18,294 bases of DNA, from positions 1 through 18,294 of the forward strand of contig PEXK01000012.1 of NCBI GenBank assembly GCA_002779075.1, given 5' to 3'. Both the position numbers and the translations under genes were made by a program. Shown one piece after another: positions 7,115 to 15,136 of this stretch (position 1 is its first letter; each line of letters starts with the position of its first letter). The notes under the pieces are model-generated. The model saw only the letters and a program-made list of their open reading frames with translations, did not search any database and was not told where the DNA came from. Origin of the DNA: Candidatus Diapherotrites archaeon CG08_land_8_20_14_0_20_30_16 (GTDB lineage: Archaea; Iainarchaeota; Iainarchaeia; Iainarchaeales; 0-14-0-20-30-16).

Positions 7115-8851
7115 ATGAATGGCATTATCTTAGAGCTTAGTTTGATTGTTGTTTTAGGCGCTGTTTTATCCTATTTATTTAGCAAGTTTAAGCAGCCTAT
7201 GATTATTGGTTATATTCTGACTGGTTTTATTATTGGTCCTAGTGTTTTTGGTTTAGTTAAAGATTATGCAACTATTCAGGGGCTTTCAGAGTTAGGTATT
7301 GCCTTTTTATTATATGCAATTGGTGCAGAACTCAGTATAGATAAGATAAAAAGCATAAAGAAAAGTATTTTTTTAGTAACGATTATTGAAGTTTTTGGGA
7401 TATTTGGAATTGGCTTATTGTTGTCTAAATATCTTTTGGGTTTAAGTTGGATGATTTCTGTTTTTATTGGTGTTATTGTTAGTTTAAGTAGTACTGCTGT
7501 TGTAATGAAGTACCTGTCTGACCAGAAGCTAGTCAATACTTTGAAGTCAAGGATTATACTTGGTATTCTTCTTATTCAGGATTTGATAATTCTTTTGTTT
7601 TTGCCACTTTTGATAGATTTTAATGCAGGTTTTACTTATGCATCAATACCTTTAGTAATAGGAAAGATTATTTTATTGGTTGTTGTTGCTTTAGCAATCA
7701 ATTTTGTTTTTGCAGATGTTTTAAAAGAATCTTTTAAGCGCAAAGATCTGCTCTTTTTGATTTCTTTAGCATCTTGTTTTGCTTTTATAGGATTATCTGC
7801 ATTAATGGACTTTTCAATAATTATTGGTGCTTTTATTGGGGGTTTAATTTTAACTAATTACCCTTACAAATTAGAGATAATTGAGCAAATAGATGAAACC
7901 AAATCTTTTTTCTCAATGTTGTTTTTTGTTTCTTTAGGTCTTCAGATAACTGCAATTAATTCAATTAATTGGTGGTTGATGTTATTGCTTTTTGCTTTGG
8001 CTGTTATATTGAAGCCATTAATTCTTTTCATAGGATCATTGTTGTCAGGATATGATGAGAAAATATCTTTTTATGTTTCTTCAAGTCTTTTTCAGATATC
8101 TGAGTTTTCATTGGTATTAGTGCAGTTTGCTACTTTGCAAGGATTATTCAATGAATCTTTGACTACTACTTTAATTTTGTTTATTTCATTGTCTTTGATT
8201 TTCACACCATATGTTTTATCTAAAAACAATTTTTTGGAGAAATTGTTTTATCCAATCAACAAATATATTGTTAAAATAACGTACAAGAGAAAGAAAGATG
8301 AGTTAGACAATACTGAAGAGAAAGACTTTACAAATCACATTGTTTTGTTTGGTTTGGGTAGAATGGGTATGGGTGTTTTAGATGGTCTTTTGAAGAGTAA
8401 GTTTGTTGAGCCTAAAGATATTGTTGTTGTTGATGATGACCCAGATTCCATTTCAAAAGTAATGGAAAAAAACATTTTTTGTATTTGTGGCCAGGCAGAC
8501 AATCCAGAAATTCTAGATAAATTAGCTTTAAATCATGCAAGAGCAATAGTTATAACAATACCTTATTATGATGTTAATGAAACCATTCTAAAACATATAA
8601 ATTTGAAGAAAGTACCTGTTTTTGTTCGTGCATACTTTGTGCAGGAAGCTATTGATTATTATAAAAAAGGAATAAGACATGTTGTTATTCCTCAAGTAAT
8701 GGCGACAAATGAATTAATCCGAGGAATCTTTGATGAACTAAACAATGTAAAGCAAGGATCTTTGTTTAATGAGCTATTGGTAGATACAATGAAGCATTAT
8801 TCCAAAGAAGAAACCTTTTTAAAAAGGCATCACAGATATTCTGCCGAGTAG
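7115..8851 (+). CDS. CPA2-family monovalent cation:proton antiporter with C-terminal TrkA-N (KTN/Rossmann) domain, Kef-like
   Basis: About 390 aa of repeated hydrophobic helices (the GYILTGFIIGPSVFGL start is typical of Kef/CPA2). This is followed by the Rossmann motif IVLFGLGRMGMGV. Confidence 0.85.
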   Translation: MNGIILELSLIVVLGAVLSYLFSKFKQPMIIGYILTGFIIGPSVFGLVKDYATIQGLSELGIAFLLYAIGAELSIDKIKSIKKSIFLVTIIEVFGIFGIGLLLSKYLLGLSWMISVFIGVIVSLSSTAVVMKYLSDQKLVNTLKSRIILGILLIQDLIILLFLPLLIDFNAGFTYASIPLVIGKIILLVVVALAINFVFADVLKESFKRKDLLFLISLASCFAFIGLSALMDFSIIIGAFIGGLILTNYPYKLEIIEQIDETKSFFSMLFFVSLGLQITAINSINWWLMLLLFALAVILKPLILFIGSLLSGYDEKISFYVSSSLFQISEFSLVLVQFATLQGLFNESLTTTLILFISLSLIFTPYVLSKNNFLEKLFYPINKYIVKITYKRKKDELDNTEEKDFTNHIVLFGLGRMGMGVLDGLLKSKFVEPKDIVVVDDDPDSISKVMEKNIFCICGQADNPEILDKLALNHARAIVITIPYYDVNETILKHINLKKVPVFVRAYFVQEAIDYYKKGIRHVVIPQVMATNELIRGIFDELNNVKQGSLFNELLVDTMKHYSKEETFLKRHHRYSAE

Positions 8852-8870
8852 TGCCCATTAGACAGACCAA

Positions 8871-8878
8871 TTTATATG
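8871..8878 (+). promoter_or_regulatory. TATA-box-like element (TTTATATG) upstream of nop5
   Basis: It lies 37 nt before the GTG start at 8915. That would give a short leader containing the GGTGAT SD at 8906-8911. Confidence 0.3.
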
Positions 8879-8914
8879 TTAAAAAATATGTATTAATTGT
8901 ATATTGGTGATTAA

Positions 8915-9775
8915 GTGTTAGATAAAAGTAAATTTGTAAAACAAACAGAAAATGCAATTAAAGATTATTTTTCTGAAAATGTAAATGAGCAAAGCCTTCT
9001 CAGAGCTTTGGCAAATTTTGATTTGTATCAAAAGCAATACAACACATTTTTTGAATATTTTAAAGATTGGTTTTGCTTGCACAATTCTAAACTATATAAT
9101 GAAAAGAAAGACAATTATCAATATGTAAAATACATTGCAGAAACAGAGTTAGAAAAACTACAAAAGGATACTTATTTGAGTTCTGGTTTGCCCAGAGAGG
9201 ATTTGAATGTAATAAAAAATATAGCCTCTTTAATAATCTCTGTTTATTCAAATACCTCAAAACTAGAAGCACATATTACTAAAAGAGCAAAAGAATTGTA
9301 TCCAAATTTAGTAAATATTTTAGGTCCTCTTCTTACAGTACGGTTTCTTAACCAAGCACATAGTTTGAAAAGATTATCAAGTTTGCCAGCATCTACTTTA
9401 CAATTATTTGGTGCTGAAAATGCAATGTTTAAGCATTTGAAATTTGGCAAATCTTGCCCAAAGTATGGTTTATTGTATTTACATCCTTTAATGAGTGGTT
9501 TAAATCCAAAACAAAAAGGCAAATTAGCAAGATGTATGGCAGATAAAATATCTTTAGCAAGTAGATATGATTATGCAAAGAAATCTTTGCACAAAGAATT
9601 ATTAGAATATATTGAAAAAAAGAAAGCCAGTATATGTTTAGAATCTAAAAAATATTCAAAACACATACAGGTAGTTAGAAGCTCATCTCAAAAAGATGCC
9701 GTTCTAACGCAAACAAAATTAAATTTAAGAGAATCAAATCCTAAAGATAAGAAAAGATTTGATAAACGAAGATGA
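8915..9775 (+). CDS. nop5: Nop5 (Nop56/58) C/D-box sRNP core protein, apparently Nop-domain only (N-terminal fibrillarin-binding domain missing)
   Basis: Nop-domain signature: YPNLVNILGPLLTVRFLNQAHSLKRLSSLPASTLQLFGAENAMFKHLK...PKYGLLYLHPLM...KGKLARCMADKISLASRYDY. GTG start with GGTGAT SD. Only 286 aa, and the stop of the preceding gene is just 63 nt upstream. Confidence 0.85.
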   Translation: MLDKSKFVKQTENAIKDYFSENVNEQSLLRALANFDLYQKQYNTFFEYFKDWFCLHNSKLYNEKKDNYQYVKYIAETELEKLQKDTYLSSGLPREDLNVIKNIASLIISVYSNTSKLEAHITKRAKELYPNLVNILGPLLTVRFLNQAHSLKRLSSLPASTLQLFGAENAMFKHLKFGKSCPKYGLLYLHPLMSGLNPKQKGKLARCMADKISLASRYDYAKKSLHKELLEYIEKKKASICLESKKYSKHIQVVRSSSQKDAVLTQTKLNLRESNPKDKKRFDKRR

Positions 9776-9791
9776 TATTATGCAATTTAAA
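9773..9791 (+). repeat. Junction motif copy 1: TGATATTATGCAATTTAAA (nop5 stop TGA, then the ATG of the next gene)
   Basis: Matches 11996-12015 except for two 1-nt indels. Confidence 0.7.
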
Positions 9792-11123
9792 GAATCAGAA
9801 ACTATTGAATTAAAGAAATCTTTAACACAATTAAAAGATGGAATTATTTCTATTTCTGCTATTTTAAATAAACACAATAAAGGGAAATTATATTTTGGTA
9901 TTGATAATAGTGGTAAAATTGTGGGGCAAACAATAAATGAAAAAACAGTAAGAGATATTGAAAAATCTATTTCAGATAGCATTGAACCAAAGATTTTCCC
10001 TAAAATAGAAAAGAAGATTCTAGAGAATAAAGAATTTATTGAAATTGATTTTCAAGGGGATAAAGGGCCGTATTCTGCATATGGGAGATATTTTATTAGA
10101 GTTGCAGATTCTGATAAACAAATGACTAAAAATGAGCTCCAAAAACAATTTAGTGATATTAATTCAAGTAGATGGGGTGCATTGGTTTGTGAAAATGCTA
10201 CTATTGAAGACATTTCCGAAAAGAAACTGATGGAGTTTTGTAAATTATCTGATTTAATTTATGATTCTAAAATAAATGTATTAAATAAATTGAATTTATT
10301 GAAAAATGAAATACCTTTGAATGCTGCAATTTTATTTTTTGCTACTGCTCCTGAGAAATATATTCCTAATGCTAGATTAAGATGTGCTACATTTGCAACA
10401 ACAGATACTGTAAGCCCTATTGATATGCAAGATTATTCTGGAGATTTATTTGAATTAATACAAAAAGCAGAAACATATATTTTAAGTCATATTAATGTAG
10501 GTATGCGTTTAGAGGGTATGCGAAGAATAGATGTTCCTGAAATAGATAAAGACGCTTTTAGAGAGGCTATAATAAATGCTTTTTGTCATAGAGATTATAC
10601 TCAGTATGATTCTGTAAATATAGCTGTTTTTAGAGATAGAGTAGAAATAAGAAACCCAGGGAATCTTTATAGAGGTCTAACTATTAAAGATATTATAAAA
10701 AGAAGTGTTTCTGAGAGGCGTAATGAATTAATAGCAGATATATTTCATAGGGTTCATTTTGTTGAAAACTGGGGAACAGGTATAAAGAAAATACTTAAAC
10801 TGGAACCTACAGCTAAATTTGAACTCATAGTAGATTTTGAATTTAGATCTATATTTACAAGGTCGCAAAAACAGAACTATTTAGATAATATTCCTTCTTG
10901 GCCCCCGAAGGTGACAGAAAAGGTGACAGAAAACCAAGATAAAATTATATCTCTAATATTAAAGAACTCAAAAATTACAATTAAAGAATTATCTATAACT
11001 TTGAATATTAGTCCTAAAAATGTAAAAGAAAACCTTTCAAAGTTAAAACAAAAAGAAATGTTAGAAAGAGTAGGCCCAGATAAAGGTGGCTACTGGAAGA
11101 TAATTAAAAAGATTAAAGAGTGA
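9780..11123 (+). CDS. AlbA_2 (Schlafen-like divergent AAA) + HATPase_c_4 + C-terminal winged-HTH protein; this family is often mis-annotated as a RecG-like helicase or transcriptional regulator
   Basis: N-terminus FKESETIELKKSL...GKLYFGIDNSGKIVG (AlbA_2 type). Central EAIINAFCHRDY...IRNPG...RNELIADIFHRVHFVENWGTGIKKI (HATPase_c_4 type). A tandem KVTEKVTE linker is encoded by a perfect 12-nt duplication at 10909-10932. C-terminal HTH: ISLILKNSKITIKELSITLNISPKNVKENLSKLKQKEMLERVG. The ATG at 9780 is preferred over the TTG at 9759. Confidence 0.75.
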   Translation: MQFKESETIELKKSLTQLKDGIISISAILNKHNKGKLYFGIDNSGKIVGQTINEKTVRDIEKSISDSIEPKIFPKIEKKILENKEFIEIDFQGDKGPYSAYGRYFIRVADSDKQMTKNELQKQFSDINSSRWGALVCENATIEDISEKKLMEFCKLSDLIYDSKINVLNKLNLLKNEIPLNAAILFFATAPEKYIPNARLRCATFATTDTVSPIDMQDYSGDLFELIQKAETYILSHINVGMRLEGMRRIDVPEIDKDAFREAIINAFCHRDYTQYDSVNIAVFRDRVEIRNPGNLYRGLTIKDIIKRSVSERRNELIADIFHRVHFVENWGTGIKKILKLEPTAKFELIVDFEFRSIFTRSQKQNYLDNIPSWPPKVTEKVTENQDKIISLILKNSKITIKELSITLNISPKNVKENLSKLKQKEMLERVGPDKGGYWKIIKKIKE

Positions 11124-11140
11124 TATCTATGGAATTAATT
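11121..11140 (+). repeat. Junction motif copy 2: TGATATCTATGGAATTAATT
   Basis: GTGATATCTATG (11120-11131) is identical to 11995-12006. Confidence 0.8.
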
Positions 11141-11998
11141 ATTTTAGGGTCTGGGGGTTGTCAACCAATACCTAGGCCTTGTTGTGAATGTAAAGTGTGT
11201 AAAGAAGCGAGAATAAAAGGAGTCCCCTATTCTAGAGATGGTCCTGCATTATTTTTAAATGATATAAATGCGTTATTTGATACTCCTGAAGAGATAGGAT
11301 TAGAATTAAATAGAGAAAGAATAAAAAAGATTAATCTTGTTTTTTATACTCATTGGCATCCAGATCATACTGCGGGGATGCGAGTATTTGAACAATTAAA
11401 TTTAGATTGGTTAAATAAATCTATAGGTAAATCACCTAAATATTGTGTCCCTGTTTATGCAAATAAAATTGTTTGGGACGAATTAAATGCATTAAAAAAT
11501 AAATTTGGATCATATTTTGATTATTATAAATCTCAAAAATTAATTATTAAAAAATGTTTAAAAAATAATGTGCCTGTTAAATTAAATAACCTGGAGATTA
11601 CAGGTGTATTTAGATCTGCAGCAGGTTGTTCAGATAATGTTTTAATTTATGTTATAAAAGAAAAGAAGAAGAAAGTAATTTATGCGCCCTGTGATTGTAA
11701 ACCATTTCCAGATAGTAAATTATTTCTAAATTCAGATATTTTAATAATTTGGGCTCCATTTTTTGAAGGTTATTTGAAAGATAAATTCAAATTAGAAAAA
11801 GATAACCCTATAAGAAAAGAATTGTTTTCTATGGCTGAGATTATAGCTATAATTGAAAAAATAAAACCAAAGAAAACAATAATTACGCATATTGAAGAAT
11901 TAATGGGTAAATCATATGCTGATTTTAAAAAGCTTGAAAAAGTATATAAGAAATATAATATTCAGTTTGCCTATGATGGGCTGAAAATAAAGTTGTGA
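11129..11998 (+). CDS. MBL-fold metallo-hydrolase, PhnP-like (N-terminal Cys cluster plus the HxHxDH motif)
   Basis: ILGSGGCQPIPRPCCECKVCKEA resembles the structural Zn Cys cluster of PhnP-type phosphodiesterases. YTHWHPDHTAG is the MBL motif II. The ATG at 11129 is preferred over the GTG at 11120. Confidence 0.8.
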   Translation: MELIILGSGGCQPIPRPCCECKVCKEARIKGVPYSRDGPALFLNDINALFDTPEEIGLELNRERIKKINLVFYTHWHPDHTAGMRVFEQLNLDWLNKSIGKSPKYCVPVYANKIVWDELNALKNKFGSYFDYYKSQKLIIKKCLKNNVPVKLNNLEITGVFRSAAGCSDNVLIYVIKEKKKKVIYAPCDCKPFPDSKLFLNSDILIIWAPFFEGYLKDKFKLEKDNPIRKELFSMAEIIAIIEKIKPKKTIITHIEELMGKSYADFKKLEKVYKKYNIQFAYDGLKIKL

Positions 11999-12015
11999 TA
12001 TCTATGAATTTAAAT
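11996..12015 (+). repeat. Junction motif copy 3: TGATATCTATGAATTTAAAT (MBL stop TGA, then the fibrillarin ATG)
   Basis: See copies 1 and 2. The ORF track translates both 11120 and 11995 as MISM... because of this identity. Confidence 0.8.
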
Positions 12016-12639
12016 TTAGTCTACATCAAGGACAAACTTTACACAAAATGTAAAGATGGTTTAAAGTGGTATGGCGAACAAGTAATTAAACAGGATAATT
12101 ATTATTTAAGAGAATGGTCTCCTTTTAGTTCAAAGATTTCTGCAGCAATAAAAAAAGGATTTGTTTTGCCAGATCTTCAGAATAAAGAAATATTATATTT
12201 AGGAGCATCAACAGGAACAACAGTTTCACATTTATCAGATTTACAAGCTAAGGCAATTATTGGTGTTGATATTTCCTCTTTTACTATGTTGCCATTTTTG
12301 GAATTATCCCAAAAAAGAGATAATATATTTCCTTTGTTATTTGATGCAGGTCATTTAGAGGATTGTCTTCTTCTTCATACTGTGAAGTTCGATTTTGTTT
12401 TTCAAGATATTGCCCAAAAGAATATGGTAGAAACTTTTATTGATAACATAAAACTGTTTGCAAAGCCAGGAATACATGCTATTGCTTTGAAAACAAACAG
12501 TATTGACACAACAAAAACACCAAAACAGGTTCTAGATTTATCTTTGAGGAAATTGCAAGATGCAAAAATTAAAGTTGATAAGATAATTGACTTAAATCCA
12601 TTTGAAAAGAATCATTATTTTATTGTTGTGAGGATTTAA
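12004..12639 (+). CDS. flpA: Fibrillarin (C/D-box sRNP 2'-O-methyltransferase)
   Basis: LREWSPFSSKISAAIKKG, the SAM-binding ILYLGASTGTTVSHLSD, GVDIS, FDAG, FQDIAQ, and the C-terminal PFEKNHYFIVV all align with archaeal fibrillarin motifs. Confidence 0.9.
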   Translation: MNLNLVYIKDKLYTKCKDGLKWYGEQVIKQDNYYLREWSPFSSKISAAIKKGFVLPDLQNKEILYLGASTGTTVSHLSDLQAKAIIGVDISSFTMLPFLELSQKRDNIFPLLFDAGHLEDCLLLHTVKFDFVFQDIAQKNMVETFIDNIKLFAKPGIHAIALKTNSIDTTKTPKQVLDLSLRKLQDAKIKVDKIIDLNPFEKNHYFIVVRI

Positions 12640-13131
12640 ATGATAAGACCAAAAAAACCAAGAGAACTAATTAAACGAAAAAGAGGAAGACCCTCGTTTT
12701 TTGGGGTTGCAAAAACTAGATTGGAAACAGATGGTAAAATGAGGCAATTAAATGAATTAGTTATTCACTTAAGGCAATTAAACGAAAGTGTAGTAATTTA
12801 TCTTTTAAAAGCCAAATTAAATGCTATCAAATTAAAGAAAAAAGGATTTTTAAGACGAGATTTAAAAGCAGTAGGATTAAGTAATAGGGAATTGAGATTA
12901 CTAGGATTTACTCTTGAAGATTATATTGACGAATTATTATTACAATATCCTTGTAGTACTGGGCTGTTATCAACCTTTGACTTAACTGAGTTTTATGGTG
13001 AAGGATTTACAAAAGAGGAATTGGAAAAATCTAATAAATTTGGTGTTTTTTTTAAAAATTATTTTGATCTTTCTGAAGCATTAAGATTTGGATTTTCTAA
13101 AGAATTTATAAAGAACTGGTTTGGCAAGTAA
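12640..13131 (+). CDS. Hypothetical basic protein with an N-terminal AT-hook (KRKRGRPS) and about five short G[FL]-[ST]-x-x-[ED]-[LFY] repeats
   Basis: The ATG abuts the fibrillarin TAA with 0 nt of spacer. The RGRP core is flanked by Lys/Arg. Repeats: GFLRRDL, GLSNREL, GFTLEDY, GFTKEEL, GFSKEFI. I do not recognise a family. Confidence 0.5.
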   Translation: MIRPKKPRELIKRKRGRPSFFGVAKTRLETDGKMRQLNELVIHLRQLNESVVIYLLKAKLNAIKLKKKGFLRRDLKAVGLSNRELRLLGFTLEDYIDELLLQYPCSTGLLSTFDLTEFYGEGFTKEELEKSNKFGVFFKNYFDLSEALRFGFSKEFIKNWFGK

Positions 13132-13176
13132 AGCTTTTTATATGTTTATTATATTATTATATAAGGGGATTGTATC

Positions 13177-14310
13177 ATGTTTGCTAAAGTATCTATTTTT
13201 GTTATAGGTATCTTTTTAATTGGAATTATTTTGTTCTCCGGTTGTGTTGCTCCAGAAAGTGATAATTTAGGAACAACAAAATCTGCTTTAACTAATTCTG
13301 GGGATCCTAAAGCACCAAATAATGGTGGTCCAAGTGAAGTTGATAATGTAATTCCTATAAATAATCCACCCTCTGGAGAAGACACTGAAAAGCAACCTAC
13401 TGATTCTACTCTTGATTATTCTAATGCAACACCACAACAGCTTTTGGATGCTTTGGGTTTAGCACAATTGTTGGGATTGCCAACTGATGAGATTGATGCT
13501 GCTACTAAAGCTAAGATAAAGCAGTGGGCTGAAGGTATTATTAATGATCCTAATTCTACAAATTCTATGTTAGTTAATGCATTACAATTACTTCAAAGTA
13601 TTGGTTTGATGCCCAATTTAGATAAAGTAGTTTTAGATATAATTAAAAATAGATTAACAGAAGAAATAAACGATCAATATACTTGCAAAAATAGATTAAA
13701 AGAAATTGTTATTTTGTGTGATCAATTAGGTTTTGATGATTTAAAAAAATTAGCTGAGCAAAAACAAAGTGGTGCAGGCAATCAATGTAGTAGAATAAAA
13801 TATGAATATTTAACTGAAGCAAAAGATACTTATTATTTTACAAAAATAGATATTGTTGGCGGTACATTAAAAAGATACAGTGTTTTAGGTCAAACTTTAG
13901 GAACGAGGAGTTATTATTTTGAAGATGGGAAATTTATTTGGAATTATAAAATGGTTGTAGATAATGGTTGTGTTATTATAAATAAAGAAGGTAGTGGAAC
14001 TGTTTCTATGGAATCAGAGAATCAGAGTTTAATGGGTTTTGATGAAAATAATCATTATGGTGGGGCGGCATTTATTTCAGCAGAACTAAAGGTAACTAAA
14101 TCAGTATCGCCTACAAGGGTGGAGTATTGTGATGAGGTTCCAGATAATAAACTGGGCACAAGCAAAGAATATGAGAATTTACAAATACACTTTGAAGGAT
14201 ATGCTAAAATGGATAGAGCTGTAGGTCAGAAAAGTCAATCATGGAAACCACCTGAAGATCAAGAAAGTGGTTATGAGTATACATGCTGGGATTTGAGTAT
14301 AGGTGAGTAA
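13177..14310 (+). CDS. Putative secreted or membrane-anchored lipoprotein-like protein of unknown function
   Basis: N-terminal hydrophobic helix ending in a lipobox-like LFSGC. This is followed by a Pro/Asn/Ser/Gly-rich linker, a helical Leu-rich region and a Tyr/Gly-rich C-terminal domain. AAGGGGA SD upstream. Confidence 0.6.
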   Translation: MFAKVSIFVIGIFLIGIILFSGCVAPESDNLGTTKSALTNSGDPKAPNNGGPSEVDNVIPINNPPSGEDTEKQPTDSTLDYSNATPQQLLDALGLAQLLGLPTDEIDAATKAKIKQWAEGIINDPNSTNSMLVNALQLLQSIGLMPNLDKVVLDIIKNRLTEEINDQYTCKNRLKEIVILCDQLGFDDLKKLAEQKQSGAGNQCSRIKYEYLTEAKDTYYFTKIDIVGGTLKRYSVLGQTLGTRSYYFEDGKFIWNYKMVVDNGCVIINKEGSGTVSMESENQSLMGFDENNHYGGAAFISAELKVTKSVSPTRVEYCDEVPDNKLGTSKEYENLQIHFEGYAKMDRAVGQKSQSWKPPEDQESGYEYTCWDLSIGE

Positions 14311-14323
14311 GGAGGAATAGATT

Positions 14324-14611
14324 ATGTTAGAAGATAAATCAGATTCTAATAGTTATGGTATTGCTAGTTTGGTTTTAGGAATTGTAAGTATTGTGCTTTG
14401 TTGGGTTCCTGTTTTGGGGTTAGCATCTGGAATAGTAGGTATAATTATGGCGGTAAAACAAAGAAAAATATCCTCAAATGGAATTACAACTGCAGGATTG
14501 ATAACTAGTATTGTGGGTACTGCTTTATCTGCAATTTATATGATAATAACAATTTTGCTTGTAATGGTTGGTGTTATTGGTGGGGGTATGTTTGGTGGTT
14601 TATTAAAATGA
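14324..14611 (+). CDS. Small two-TM membrane protein (DUF4190-like pattern)
   Basis: GIASLVLGIVSIVLCWVPVLGLASGIVGIIMAVKQRK, then a second hydrophobic helix. AGGAGG SD at 14311-14316. 13 nt after the preceding gene. Confidence 0.6.
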   Translation: MLEDKSDSNSYGIASLVLGIVSIVLCWVPVLGLASGIVGIIMAVKQRKISSNGITTAGLITSIVGTALSAIYMIITILLVMVGVIGGGMFGGLLK

Positions 14612-14798
14612 TATTGTACTAAACATAGCTTTGGTGAAAGCAACCTTTATATAGTGGGATATCTCCAATATAATTAGGGTTTTAAACCCAATGTACAAAA
14701 TTTTACTGTTTAGTGTGAAGGAAGAGGTGATGATATGGTTGAATTAAATGCTGTAAATACAAGAAGTGATCAACTTCATCACCCAAACTTCGGAAGTT

Positions 14799-15056
14799 AT
14801 GACAAAGTCTTCTAAAGCTGTTGTTTCCACAACTCGTTTAGATGCCATCACCTATGTAATAGCTTTGGATTCTAAGGCTAGGCTAGTTTTACCTTTAGAA
14901 ATAAGAGATTCTTTAGGGCTTGATAAGAGCAATTGCAGAGTAATTCTAAAGCTTTTTAAGGATAATGATTCTTTATTGTTAAAGTTTGAGAAACCTAGTT
15001 TAGACATACAAACAACTTTGTGTTCTAAAAACGTAGGCTTAGTTAATAACATTTAG
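14799..15056 (+). CDS. AbrB/SpoVT (MazE/VapB-like) swapped-hairpin DNA-binding protein; no partner toxin seen
   Basis: VIALDSKARLVLPLEIRDSLGL...CRVILKLF fits the AbrB-type motif (DSKGRIVIPKEIR-like). The start is uncertain: GTG at 14766 or ATG at 14799. Confidence 0.5.
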   Translation: MTKSSKAVVSTTRLDAITYVIALDSKARLVLPLEIRDSLGLDKSNCRVILKLFKDNDSLLLKFEKPSLDIQTTLCSKNVGLVNNI

Positions 15057-15136
15057 TTTTGCAAGCAAAGTGTATTGCAGAATGCAATCCACCAAGTTTT
15101 TGGCAAACCTAGGCTTTTTGTGAAAAAGCTTGGTAT

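Noticed and set aside
14726-14783. GTGATGA at 14727-14733 considered as a C box of a C/D sRNA.
   Set aside because: No CTGA D box lies at the 3' end. The matching 3' sequence is the full complement TCATCACC, which gives a plain helix rather than a K-turn. The GTGATGA also doubles as an SD.
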